Part shown: one piece after another, positions 1 to 12,074 of the stretch | Position numbering within the stretch: the first letter of the stretch is position 1 | Layout: each line of letters starts with the position of its first letter | Assembly: GCA_951406725.2 (NCBI GenBank) | Contig: OX597819.1 | Coordinates: 81,282,001 to 81,346,000 of the forward strand | Reading direction: 5' to 3' | Length of the DNA: 64,000 nucleotides | Source: Octopus vulgaris | Taxonomy: Eukaryota | The notes under the pieces: generated by a model | The model's database searches: none | What the model saw: the letters and a program-made list of their open reading frames with translations, nothing else | Told to the model about the DNA's origin: nothing | Translations under genes and position numbers: made by a program

Positions 1-522
1 TATATATCTTCTCTATATATAAAACTGAAATGCGTTTTTACCGCTTGGATCGCTTTCAATGCCACTACGACCCGTCCGATTCGCTCCAAAATTTACAGGG
101 ACATGTAGAATGAGGTGACGATGCGCGTGGGCTACCTTAGAAATTCCTATCTTAAAAGGTGTGGTTGCTAGGGACCATCTTCTTCACTCACACTATTTCC
201 TTCTTTCCCTCTCTTACTCCCCTTCATTTATAACGTTGACAATGTCCACTCCCGTTATTTAATGTATTCCCCTCAACTCCCTTTCACTTTGCCTTTATAA
301 GGTCGTCAGGCGGCTTTCTTTGATGTATCTGTTTGCATTCATAGGGAGAATTATCATCACTCACTCTTTTTCCTAATGATAATTATCATCGCCACCACCA
401 CCACCAACAACAACAACAACACCACCAACACACAATACTCACTCTTTTTCATACAAACGGCCTTCTTTTATGTATCTGTCTGTGTGAAAGAGAGATAACT
501 GAAATTTTTTACTCGGTTTTTG

Positions 523-811
523 TAGTGCGTGCGTGTGTATGCATGTATGTGTATATGTATGTATGCATGTATGTGTGAGTGTGTATGTATCTATGCATGT
601 GTGTGTGTGTATGTATGTGTATGTGTGTATGTGTGTGTATGTATGTGTGAGTGTGCATGTATGTATGTACCTTTGCCTGTTTATGTAACGGTCTGCTATG
701 TAGAAATGAGGTTGACTCAATGGAAATGCATACATACACACACACATACATACACACACATACACACATACATACACATACATACACATACATACACACA
801 CACACATACAT
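523..811. repeat. Compound (TG/TATG)n then (CA/CATA)n microsatellites
   Basis: Seen directly. Source of the spurious ORFs at 439-855. Confidence 0.95.
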
Positions 812-1592
812 AGATGCAGACCTATGTTAAAAGTGCTGGCAAGTTTGCATGACAACTATTTTTTTTTCCTCAAATGAAAGGCGTGACCTCTAGGACAAAA
901 TTCCTCATCTTATAAAATGTGGCCCCAGTACACCCGAATGAAATCACGTTATATTAACCAAAATGTGAAAAGGGGTATAAATGGGGCTGGAAGGGGATTA
1001 AAATTTAAAGGAGCGAGTGTTTAGGAATTCTCTGTTACATCAAGCTAAAAAATTTGCGCCAGCCTTTTAATCGTCAATGTGTTGCCGTCCATGATGAAGA
1101 AGTGTTGAATGCTTGCCATGGTGAGTCTACTGTTGTGAAAAAGAATCACTTCAAAACTTGGTGTTTAGGGATTTTCTTTTACACCAACTTCAAAATTTTA
1201 CGCCAGCCGTTAAACTGTCAAAACGTTGCTGTCCGTCGTTAAGAAATGCCAGCCATGCTGACTCTACTACCCTCAGATTCTATCCCTTCAAACTTTGGTT
1301 TCCAATATTTTATTATTTTTATTCAGCTCGCAAGTTCGTCTATCCCTTTTAAATGTTAGTGTTTTGCTGTCTGCCTTGAAGCAGACCTTTCCGTTGTTAC
1401 TGCCTGATATTTATGATTGATCTTTCTAAATATTTTATTTCTCAACTTACTCAAGATATTTTGTTATTTATAAATGGGAGAGAGATAGATAAAGATAGAG
1501 AGTAAGCGAAAGCGAGGGAGAGTCCGAGAGAAAGGAAGAGTAAGAGAGTGGGGAAAGTGAGAGAGAAAGGAGAGAGAAACAAATACGGAGAA

Positions 1593-1905
1593 TCATCATC
1601 ACCATCATCGTTTAACGTCCGTTTTCCGTGCTAGCACGGGTTGGACAGTGTGACAGGTGTCTGGGAAGCCAGGAGGCTGCACCAGGATCCAGTCTGATCT
1701 GGCAGTGTTTCTACAGGTGGATGAACTTCCTAACGATAACCACTCTGTGAGTGTAGTGGGTGCTTTTTTCGTGCCGCCGGCACAGGTGCCAGGGGGGCTC
1801 GCAGCGACAACGATCGGTTGGTGCTTTTTACGTGCCACGGGCACAGAAGCAAGTCAAGGCGGCGCTGCAATCGGCCACATTCGGATGGTGCTTTTTACGT
1901 GCTGA
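1593..1905 (-). mobile_element. Interspersed repeat fragment with (GAT)n tail, nested in the Helitron
   Basis: Minus strand ends GGACGTTAAACGATGATGGTGATGATGA. Internal repeated GGTGCTTTTT(A/T)CGTGC units. Family not identified. Confidence 0.5.
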
Positions 1906-1970
1906 AAGGAAGCAACAGAAAGTAACAACCACACTCTTACCCGCGCGTAGAGTGGGTCACCTTCAGCTAG

Positions 1971-2160
1971 TATATATATATATACATACAAATATACATG
2001 TGTGTGTGTGTATTGTGATTATATGTGTGTGTCTGTATGTTTGTGTGCCTGTGTTTGTCCCACCACCATCGCTTGACAACCGATGCTGGTGTGTTTACGT
2101 CCCGTAACTTAGCGGTTCGGCAAAATAGACCGATAGAATAAGTACTAGGTTTACAAAAAA
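1971..2160 (+). mobile_element. 3' half of microsatellite-containing SINE
   Basis: GTGTTTGTCCC...CATCGCTTGACAACCGATGCTGGTGTGTTTACGTCCCGTAACTTAGCGGTTCGGCAAAA matches segments at ~9320-9375 and ~48255-48320. Confidence 0.7.
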
Positions 2161-2272
2161 TAATATATTTAGGTGAATCGTGTTCTCACGGTGAGTATAA
2201 ATGCCAAAACCTTTGTACATCTTAATATTAAATACAGTTTGACGGATTGTTCCAGAAGCTACAGGTTTACAT

Positions 2273-2418
2273 CAGGCATAGGCAACCTTTTTTCTAGTAG
2301 CGAGCCGCATGAGACATGGCTCATCATCAGACGGACAGCATAGCTAAAAGATTTCAGGGTAATCTTTCGATGGCGTGTCATTCAGAAAGTCCCAGGGGCC
2401 ACAGTATGCCTATGACTG
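2273..2418. mobile_element. hAT-type MITE
   Basis: Imperfect TIRs CAGGCATAGGCAAC / GTATGCCTATGACTG. TSD degenerate. Confidence 0.55.
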
Positions 2419-3430
2419 TTATACAGCATAGTGCATATGTTAAGCATATTTGAAAAACGTAGTAAAAGTCCTTTTACATTTAATCAATTTAGGATTTGTT
2501 CAACATAAATTATATTGCAATCCATTGTAATTGCTACCAGCCCAAAATGAATACAAAAGACAGTTGTAAAGAAAAAATTGTAAAAGTGAATGAATAGTTG
2601 TTCAATCCCCCAATGCGATTTACAGCAATTTGAACAGACTGCTGAATCCGATCGAAGGATCGATGTTTCGCATTCCGTCACCGGTTCTATATAGTCTCAG
2701 TTGGCGAGTTTCTTATATCTTCAAGGCTCAAAATTCGTACTAACAATTATAACGTAAGTTAATCTCACAGCTGCAGGTAGCTCGTGCAGTGTATATAGAT
2801 GATTCGTGTTTCGTTAGGTTGCTACATCTGCAACGTGAATGCCATTCTTTAAAAAAAAACCTAATGGAATATGTAAAAGTCATGGTAACAAAGGAGATAT
2901 GCAAGAACATCTAGTGGTTTGATAATGAAATGGACCAAACCATTCATAGGCGTTTTTCTTTCCTATTTTTCATGAAGAATATAACAGAACTTGCACGATA
3001 TGAATCGGAGAGGAAATTCGACAATCATATAATTTGAAATTTGTGTGTGTGAGTGAGTGCACGCGTGTGTGTAAGTATATGTGTGTAAGCATATGTAAGT
3101 ATATATATATGTGTATATATGTAAACATATGTATATACGCATATATGTATATCAGCATGTACATGTATATATGCATGTACTCATATATGCAACATTCGCG
3201 CATAAAATTGTATGAAGCACGCAAACAATCCTCAACACACATACACACACAGGGACATAAATATTTCGTATATAAAATGAAATATAGTTGATACAACTGA
3301 AGGACAAATTGATTTCCCTATACATATATCTATAACTACATGAAAGTGTGTATGCACATGCGCTTACACACACGCACATGCATGCACACATACATATGTA
3401 TGTATTTACATATATATATATATTTATATA

Positions 3431-3660
3431 AGGCGGCGAGCTGGCAGAATCGTTAGCACGCCGGGCGAAATGCGTAGCCGTATTTCGTCTATCGTTACGT
3501 TCTGAGTTCAAATTCCGCCGAGGTCAACTTTGCCTTTCATTCTTTCGGGGTCGATAAATAAAGTACCAGTTTCGCACTGGGGTCGATGTAATCGACTTAA
3601 TCCCTTTGTCTGTCCTTGTTTGTCCCCTCTGTGTTTAGCCCCTTGTAGGTAGTAAAGAAA
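3431..3660 (+). mobile_element. Full-length tRNA-derived SINE (Meta-domain-like core)
   Basis: A-box-like TGGCAGAATCGTTAG, B-box GAGTTCAAATTCC, core GCCTTTCAT(C/T)CTTTCGGGGTCGATAAA...GTACCAG. Near-identical copies at 6540 and 45702. Confidence 0.9.
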
Positions 3661-3699
3661 TATATATTTATATACATATGTATATTTACATATATATAG

Positions 3700-3747
<48 letters not shown>

Positions 3748-3922
3748 TAATAAAAGGGTTCAAAAGAATTGCTTCACCACACACCGAAGCTCAGAAATAG
3801 CAGCCAAAAATCTTAGCTATTTCTTCTACTTTAAAAATGGTCTTCTAGAGAAACCAAAAAACTTGAAGGTTATTCACACAGGCAGAGAGTAAAGCAACGA
3901 AAATCAATCAATATCTGGTCGT

Positions 3923-4009
3923 CCATGGACGCGCGTTTCTGAATTAGGTTTTTCATAAAGGATATAAAAAAAATATATACTTTACCAACCATATTCTTCA
4001 TCAGCATGG
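3923..4009 (-). ncRNA. Type I hammerhead ribozyme (inverted copy)
   Basis: Minus strand: ccatg-CTGATGA-agaat...attca-GAAA-cgcgc-GTC-catgg, with a perfect 5-bp stem I. Confidence 0.78.
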
Positions 4010-4158
4010 TTTTCCGTGATAATTTGAAGATACTAGAATATTTGAACGAATCTTTCCACCTAACGGCATTAGACCGCTTATGTTCAATGTTAGCACCGCC
4101 AAATTCAAAATATGAATGAGGATCAATTATTCTGGTACCTTCGAATTATCACGGAAAA

Positions 4159-4244
4159 CCATGCTGATGAAGAATATGGTTAGTAAAGTATATATTTTTT
4201 TATATCCTTTATGAAAAACCTAATTCAGAAACGCGCGTCTATGG
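4159..4244 (+). ncRNA. Type I hammerhead ribozyme with enlarged stem/loop II
   Basis: ccatg-CTGATGA(4164-70)-a-gaat...attc-a-GAAA(4228-31)-cgcgc-GTC(4237-39)-tatgg. Palindromic helix III ACGCGCGT. Confidence 0.75.
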
Positions 4245-4521
4245 ACGACCAGATATTGATTGATTTTCGTTGCTTTACTCTCTACCTGTGTGAATAACCT
4301 TCAAGTATTTCGGTTTCTCTGGAAGACCCTTTTTAAAGTAGAAGAAATAGCTAAGATTTTTGGCTGCTATTTCTGAGCTTCGGTGTGTGGTGAAGCAATT
4401 CTTTGCTGAACCCTTTTTATTAGTATTACTTAAGTTTACCGTGAAACGGTCCTGTTTTCATACCGAATTCTACTTGGTGAAATTATTGATTACTTCTTAA
4501 TTAATTAATTTTATCCTTTGT

Positions 4522-4558
<37 letters not shown>

Positions 4559-5040
4559 GATAATAATGTTCGTCCTTCGGGTTCGAAGGTGACCATTGAC
4601 ATTATTTGGTGAAATTGCTGCTATGAGACCGGAGGTGGCTGGTGAGGCCAATCCGGGCAAGAAAGCCCCTCCCAAAGGTGGGGCAGAAGTAGGTAGGGGC
4701 TGTGCTATTGGTGCAGGTGGCTCTGGCTTTCCGCATCTGGCATTTCTGTTCTGCTGACTGAATCCGTCTCTCCTCGGCTGTCTTTGCTCCTGTGGTGATT
4801 GCGCTGCGCCAGGATGAGCGGTCGGCAGCAAGTGTCTCCCAAGTCTCTGTGCCGATGGAGAAGTCTTTGAGAGAGACTTTGAGACTGTCCTTGAAGCGCT
4901 TCTTCTGCCCTCCGACTTTACGTTTGCCCTGGCTGAGTTCACCGTAGAAGAGCTGTTTTGGGTTGCGAGTGTCGGACATGCGGGAGACGTGGCCTGCCCA
5001 TCTCAGCTGGGCCTTGCGCATGATCATGATGGTGCTAGGG
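4559..5040 (-). mobile_element. RTE-clade LINE 3' fragment
   Basis: ORF 4602-5132 encodes QLRWAGHVSRMSDTRNPKQLFYGEL...GGQKKRFKDSLK...DRSSWR and a degenerate C2H2 end (CPTFGRGFLARIGLTSHLRSH). 3' hairpin CTTCG-aacc-CGAAG then short-repeat tail. Confidence 0.9.
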
Positions 5041-5071
5041 AGATATATATATACGTATACATATACACACA

Positions 5072-5120
<49 letters not shown>

Positions 5121-5531
5121 GCACATATACATATGGATAAAAAATTAAGGACCGCGTGCGTTACATAAAAATATTTTCAGGATTAAATAAAAAGGTCACA
5201 AACGGAAAATTTGACATACCTGTGCATATATACATACATATATATTATCTTCAAAAAAACGTGTAGTATATGTATACATACTCATAGCCGTCGATATAGT
5301 GTTCTTGGAAGTAAAACGTTCAAAGGAAGGTGGTCAAGCCGCTGAGTGGAAGGAACACAAATCTTATAGTCTGAATGCCAAATGTTTACTCCTTAACTGT
5401 GAGTGCGACAAAATATATTTTGTTCGGCTCACATTTATGGACTATATGTGCTTATATGCTTATATATGTGCCTCTTTCTCTCTCTCTCTCTCTCCATACA
5501 CACACACACACACATACATATATATATAAAT

Positions 5532-5609
<78 letters not shown>

Positions 5610-5639
5610 AGACAGAGAGAGAGGGAGAGAGAAAGATAT

Positions 5640-6420
5640 TGTTTCTGAAATCAGACCTGGATACAATGCAGCAATGGATCTCTTACTGGCAACTCAAGCT
5701 ACCTGTGAACAAGTGCGTCACCATGCATTTTGGGAGGAAAAATCCACCCTTTACATACTCAGCAACTTCAATCGCACGAAGTCTTCTAGCCGACGTGATC
5801 TGGGCAGTATTGGAAACAACGATCTGCGTTGGACAAACCACATCTCTAAGATTGTCAAGAAGGCTGAGGGGGTGCTAGCATCATTCTGTAAGACCTTTGT
5901 CAGCCGCTCTTCAGCTATCTATTTAAAACTGAATACGACAAATTGCATCACCAGTCTGGGACCCCTATCTTGCTCAACATATAAATCCCATGGAAACTGT
6001 TCAGAAACGTGCAGCAAAACGTATACGCACCGTCAGACAATTACCATACTCTGAACGTTTTGATTCCCTGGGCATGGATACATTGAAGCTAAGACGACTG
6101 TCAACTGACTTGGTAAACACCCACAAGATTATCCACCACCTTTCCAACAACAACCTTTTTCAATTCCATATGACAAACACTCGCGGACATGCTTATAAAA
6201 TCAGAAAACAACACCGTAGCCATGACTTTCGGAAACACTTTTTCCCGCTCAGAATTACTTAAGCATGGAATAAACTACCCGCATCATTTGTTAGCTGTCG
6301 AGACACTACATCCCTCAAAACTTCCATGCTTCCTGAAAATCCGCTAACAATACACCCAATGTCCTTTCTTTCTTTTCGGAGTGCACCTGGGCACTGTATA
6401 CAACAATTTCCTTCATTATA
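5640..6420 (+). mobile_element. CR1-like LINE 3' fragment (frameshifted RT C-terminus plus 3' UTR)
   Basis: DLDTMQQW..WQLKLPVNKCVTMHFG, RDLG..NDLRWTNHISKIVKKA, ETVQKRAAKRI..LPYSERF..LGMDTLKLRR..DL, TRGHAYKI..RKHFF..R...WNKLP. Confidence 0.9.
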
Positions 6421-6428
6421 TCATATAT

Positions 6429-6468
<40 letters not shown>

Positions 6469-6539
6469 GCTTGTATGTGTGTATATAAATACACAAATGT
6501 ATTTGTGTGTCTATGTGTGCGTGTATATATATACATAAA

Positions 6540-6768
6540 GGCGGCGAGCTGGTAGAAACGTTAGCACGCCGGGCGAGATTCGTAGCCGTATTTCGTCTGT
6601 CGTTACGTTCCGAGTTCAAATTCCGCCGAGGTCGACTTTGCCTTTCATCCTTTCGGGGTCGATAAATTAAGTACCAGTTACGCACTGGGGTCGATGTAGT
6701 CGACTTAATCCCTTTGTCTGTCCTTGTTTGTCCCCTCTGTGTTTAGCCCCTTGTGGGTAGTAAAGAAA
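6540..6768 (+). mobile_element. Full-length tRNA-derived SINE
   Basis: Near-identical to 3431-3660. Confidence 0.9.
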
Positions 6769-7490
6769 TATATATATATACACATACATATATATATATA
6801 TATATATTTATTTAAATATATATAAAATGAGTGCGTCCATTTAATTATATATATCTATACATATATGTGCATACATATTTGTACACACACACATTCTTAC
6901 ATATGTGTGTTTGCGTGTGAGTAGATAGTTACATAAATACATACATACATACATACATACATACTTCAGTGCTTATACTATACTTTCAACGAGTGTCAAA
7001 AGAAAGAGAGAGAGAGAGAAACAAAGAGATAAACAGAGGAAGACAAACGAGAAGACAAGTACAGACACAAAGAAAGCGAAAGGGAAGGCGTGCAGAGAGA
7101 TAGGGCACTAGTTTAATTGTGCAAACTGATTTAGCTGATAGGCTGATAATCACAGTGAAAGGCGTAAATAAAGGTTTTTAAAATATTTTAGATAATGTGC
7201 ATGCATACATACATACATGCATACATACATACATATTTATAAATGCTTGTGTGTATAGTATGTATATATGGGACAAGAATCAGTATGTCATTTATTTACT
7301 CTCTACTAAAGGTATCACGCTGTTTCGCCTCACAAACCGACCACATCACATCTTTAGCTTTCTACAAGCCAATATTGACTTTTGTTTTGTTTTTCTTCAT
7401 TCTCTTCGTTCTTATTTATGATCGGAGAGATACTTTATCTATCTATCTATCCTATCCGTCTGTTTGTATATATATATATATATATATATA

Positions 7491-8548
7491 GTATTAATAA
7501 AACAGGAGATGGAATGCGTAATAGATTTTATTGGGTACAAAATATGTTTCGACCCGTTCTGGGTCTCTTCAGGTACATAAATAAAATGTCTCACTAGAGA
7601 CCGGATACCGTAAGAAAATCCAGCATTCCAGTAGTAGTAATAATAATAACAACTCTTATAACTCAACTAGTAATAATACGATTCATTGTAACAACTTTAC
7701 CAACCACAGCCATAACTACACACACAAGGTCAAAAACCTAGATAATAGAATCCCAAACTATACGATAAGACTAAACAAACCCAGACACATTAGAATCAAC
7801 CATGAGTTAGAAAAACTTGTAACAGGCAACAAATTAAACATCTAACCCCACAAAATCTAATTACCGCTTCAAGCACTCAGACATACAGACCTAACCGAAA
7901 ATATAAAAACCATGACGTCCTTTGGTATAACCCAATCTGGAGCTCCAACATCTCATCTAAGATCACGAAACAATTTTTTCAGTGCACTTGATCGCGGCTT
8001 TCCTAAAAGTGGAGTGTACAATAAAATTTCAACCGTTACACTATAAAACTATCCTATGCAAATTCAACAAACTTAGAGCACCATATTCATAGGATTAGCA
8101 ACTGTAAACTGAGGCGAAGATTAAGCAGCACTCAAAATAGCTTTTTCAACTTCAACTATAACTCACATGACCAACCTAAAAATAACGTTTATGCTACCAA
8201 CCAACGTACCGAACAGAAACAATCCCTCCAGCGCTCGATGTACACAAGCTAACAAAAGTAAACAGTTATGCTCATGTAGAGATAGAACCACTTTTCGTTT
8301 GGATAACCAATGTATGACTAAGAACGTGGTATACAAGTGCACTATAAACACTAGAAGAGGCTCCTGTGTATGTATCGGGGCATCGGCCGATTTTTTCAAA
8401 AATCGATACTACAACCGCATCGCCAGCTTTTGAAACATCCTTAAACGACATGTAACATCGCTAGCCGATCTTATCTGGAGGCTACAGGAAGCGAAGACAA
8501 AATACGACCTTGCATGGTTCATACTTAGACACGCGAGTCCTTTCGTCT
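7491..8548 (+). mobile_element. Decayed Penelope-like element: thumb/linker plus GIY-YIG endonuclease, with inverted 5' hammerhead segment
   Basis: Frameshifted translation LWYNPIWSSNISSKITKQF..FPK..FNRYTIKLSY (~7920-8060), then CSCRDRTTFRLDNQCMTKNVVYKCTI..CIGASADFFKNRYYNRIASF (ORF 8167-8433), then TSLADLIWRLQ..YDLAWFILRHASPF. Starts immediately after (TA)n. Confidence 0.8.
7535..7576 (-). ncRNA. Minimal type I hammerhead (helix III slightly degenerate)
   Basis: Minus strand: gtac-CTGAAGA-gaccc agaac gggtc-GAAA-catat-TTT-gtac, followed by AATAAA. Confidence 0.7.
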
Positions 8549-9134
8549 AAGTATTAGCTTCCTTTCAACTTCTACTTCTTTTTCTGTCTCTTAACTGTTA
8601 CAAGAGCGAAAGCTATTACGTCATTTTCTCTCATTGCGATTTCAATAAAAGATAGCTGTGGAGGTCGTAACGGTGTCTGTGGGGTTTAGGCTGCTGGGAC
8701 TCAATAAGGAATATCGCTTGTGGCCGGGCGACGCCGGCTCGGATCCCGCCTTGATCTTGAATGAGGCGTGGGGGATGGTGGAGTATACGGGCACAAGCGA
8801 TGTTGGGGAGGAATAATGACAAGAGGTTGAAAAGCCTCAGTGTTATAACGTTTAATGTTTATTGCATGTTATTGTTTTTAAGAGGCTTAACGCCCCAATT
8901 CTTAAATGGACTATTAGTCTAAAATTGTAAAACTGAAATAAGAGGTTCATTACCTCATTTTGTCTTTTTCTGTGGAAAAAAAAAGAAAGAAGAGAATAAT
9001 GTTTTAGAGAAGCTGAAAATCGGCCGGCATTTTTTGTCTTCTCCCATTAATATCATCCTTATCATCATTCAATGTCTTTGTCCAGCCCGCAAGCTACTCT
9101 GTATCATGCCTTTATGGCAAAAGTTTTGTAATAA

Positions 9135-9375
9135 AGTAGCTTGCTTACCAACAACATGGCTCCAGGTTCAGTCCCACTGCGTGGCACCTTGGGCAAGTGT
9201 TTTCTACTATAGCCCCGGGCTGTCCATAGCCTTGTGAGTGGATTTGGTTGACGGAAACTGAAAGAAGCCCGTCGTATATATGTATATATATGTATGTGTG
9301 TGAGAGTTTGTTTGTGTGTCTGTGTTTGTCCCCCAACATCGCTTGACAACAGATGTTGGTGTGTTTATGTCCCCA
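9135..9375 (+). mobile_element. SINE with internal microsatellite (CORE-like GGCACCTTGGGCAAGTG)
   Basis: Matches the copy at 47782-48320. Confidence 0.75.
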
Positions 9376-10884
9376 TACATACAGACGGATAGATGGATAG
9401 ATGGATAGATGGATAGATGGATAGACGGATGGATAGACGGATAGCTAGATGGATAGACGGATAGATAGACGGATAGATGGATAGATAGACGGATAGATGG
9501 ATAGATAATGTATGTTTTAGTAAAGAATGTTTGAGTTGATGCATTTATTTGTTTATGCGTAAATATTTGTGAGTCCATGCGTGCGATTCTTTGCACATAA
9601 ACGATTACAGGAGTAAGAGAAAAGAGAAAGAGAAACTCAGATTAACTGACAACGAATTGCAAAGAGGAAGGGGAGAAGGAGGGGGGCCTACTGGAGTTCA
9701 GAGATCAAGTTTGATCAGTTGGCAGGCTATTATCAGATCTTAATCTGTCGCGTATCAATTGTAAGACTTTCATGAAGTGAAGAAAAAAATAAGGATAAAG
9801 ACATTTGAGTTAAAGGATAAAAAAAGTTTCCACCACTGAGCAACTATATTCTCTAACAATGTTTTAATCGATGTAAAATCAAAGTGATTTTTTCGTTTGT
9901 GGTTTCATTATGAGAGTTTCCGCCTCTCATTATATATTTGCCATATTTAATTCCATAAATCTTCCTTGTTAAAGGACCTCTATGCAGTTAGCCAGCTTGC
10001 TAGATATGACAACTCTTCCTCAGAGAACAGCGAGTTTCAGATAGGATTTTTTTTTAATAATGTATTCTTAGACGCAGAATGTCTGATGTATAGATATCGT
10101 GTGATTATGATATATATTATTAGGTAGTGTCTACTTACTACCTGGCTATTGATACTCAACTTTACTGTGTGTCAAAGTATAGAAGGAAGTAGAGCATCAG
10201 TGATTAGGTAATAATAAACGTAAATATCCTATGTCGTATCATGATACATAACTATAAAATTAAGAAGGCAATTTTATTCAGTGACTGATTGAATAAGTGA
10301 ATAGGTGAGTGATTGAGTGAGCGAGCGAGTGAGTGAGTGAGTTGTCAGTCATGCAATGAATCAGTGAACGAATAAATAAGCTAATTCGAATCCTGCGGTA
10401 GGCCGACTTTGCCTTTCGTATTTTCGGTGTCGATAAGTAGCAGTGAAGTGCAGGACACGGTGTCATCGACTAGGCACCTTTCTTTCTAAATGTATAACTT
10501 TCTACACAATATATACTTTAGACAAATATCTATTTCATTATATGAAATGAAAGGGTGCGTATGCATATGTGTTGCGTTGAAAATAGGACAATGATCTAGT
10601 TCATTTTTATTGAATTTTTTTCATAAGTCTCTTGCAGCTCGTTTGGGACTATAAAGTTCCGAAATCTTTTAGCAATATTTCGAAACTTTCATAATTTCAT
10701 TATCAAGATGTGCAACTACATTTTTATGATCTGTATCTGTGTATACTATATTGCTAGAATTTACTTATAACTCAGCGGCAGAAGTTAAACAAACACTATT
10801 TCCCGGCGTATAATACGCTCTCTCATAAACGGCGCAACTCTATTTTCCTAGTGAAAAAACACCCCCCAGAAATTTAGTCTATTT

Positions 10885-10956
10885 CAGTGGTTCCTAACCT
10901 GGGGTCGCAAAGGTAGTACTGGGGATCCGTGAACTAAATTCAAAATTTCATATGTA

Positions 10957-10992
<36 letters not shown>

Positions 10993-11076
10993 GATAAACA
11001 TATTAAAAGGGGGCCGTGGGAAAACTCATTTAAATAAAAGGGTTGGAAACAACTGTGAAAAGATTGGAAACCACTG
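10885..11076. mobile_element. hAT-type MITE
   Basis: TIRs CAGTGGTTCCTAACCT / AGATTGGAAACCACTG. Flanks gtctattt / atctatta resemble a decayed 8-bp TSD. Confidence 0.7.
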
Positions 11077-11746
11077 ATCTATTACATCAGACACTTATTG
11101 AAATATATATTGAAGTGGTTTTGCTGAGGAAAATGTATGATTCTGTTCATGTAAACAAGACAGTACACCGAAGCAAAGTATGAAACCATATTTTTGGTTA
11201 TGATGTTTTTTGTTACAATGATCAGACACCAGAGTGGCACACTGCTATTTTTTGTTACGTTTTTTTTACACCCGTTGCAAATAGCTGAGAAGGGGATTAA
11301 TACTTCTTTCTAAAAGAATTTTATTTACATAGTTAAAGGATGTTTCTTAGCTATAACATAGTAAATAATATATGACACATATCAAGCGTGGGTTATAAAT
11401 GCTGAGGATGTATGAGATGATGTAGCCGCACCATATAACTACCAACGTACCGTAAACAATTTTTCATAAGTTTGTACTAACGGACTGTGATATTATTGTG
11501 CTTAACAGATTTACTTTCATCCAGCTCCTTAGCCGTCAACACTCAGTATTCCAACTGTAATATGGCCATATTAGATGCATGACAAATAGTTTTTATACAT
11601 TTAAAAATAAAAACATCGCGACTTGTACGCCGGCATATACGGTACATAGTTATTTGTTATCACGTGTTTATATTCTGTACGTGTTTACTTTAGCATTACG
11701 TTTCCTTATTAGTAATGGTTACATCATTTTCTGCTTTTTAGGGAAT

Positions 11747-11839
11747 ATGGTTTCTAGTAGGAATATGGTTTCTATTAGTGCTTTCCTATGTAGTATTATT
11801 TGCTTATGGTTATGTAGCAGAGTGAGTTGTATATCATCG
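11747..11839 (+). CDS. Candidate first coding exon encoding a signal-peptide-like segment
   Basis: Acceptor ttttctgctttttAG (ends 11741), ATG at 11747, MVSSRNMVSISAFLCSIICLWLCSRVSCISS, donor G|GTAAGA at 11840, phase 0. No homology evidence. Confidence 0.35.
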
Positions 11840-12037
11840 GTAAGAGATTACTATACAAGTACTGGAGGTGATATAACTGATATTTGGTTATGAATTTAGC
11901 TAGGTCAAGAATTAGCGCTTTGTCTACATATTCCTGCTTCTGCTACAAAGTTCGATATAAGTGATCATAATATTTATTGCAATATCTTTTGTGTGTGTGT
12001 ACATACATACATACATACGTCTAGGGAACAGTATACA

Positions 12038-12074
<37 letters not shown>

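Larger units (their letters stand above)
7..1970 (+). mobile_element. Non-autonomous Helitron-like element inserted in (TA)n
   Basis: 5' end A|TCTTCTCTATATATAAAAC. 3' GC-rich hairpin ACCCGC...GTGGGT (1939-1957) followed by CTAG|T at 1967-1971. A|T target, no TSD. That the two ends belong to one element is inferred. Confidence 0.65.
3747..4523. mobile_element. (TA)n-flanked inverted-repeat insertion with two head-to-head hammerheads (PLE pLTR-like)
   Basis: Arms ~3747-4040 and ~4128-4423 are highly similar reverse complements. The right arm extends ~100 bp further. (TA)n on both flanks. Confidence 0.85.

Noticed and set aside
2285-2335. Minus-strand CTGATGA-tgagcc...ggctcg...GAAA
   Set aside because: Six extra nt lie before GAAA, there is no helix III/NUH or stem I, and it sits within a hAT MITE.
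3431-3520. tRNA gene calls at SINE heads (also 20160-20240, 31970-32045, 34975-35045)
   Set aside because: A/B boxes run on into SINE bodies, no complete cloverleaf was seen, and the sequences are multicopy.
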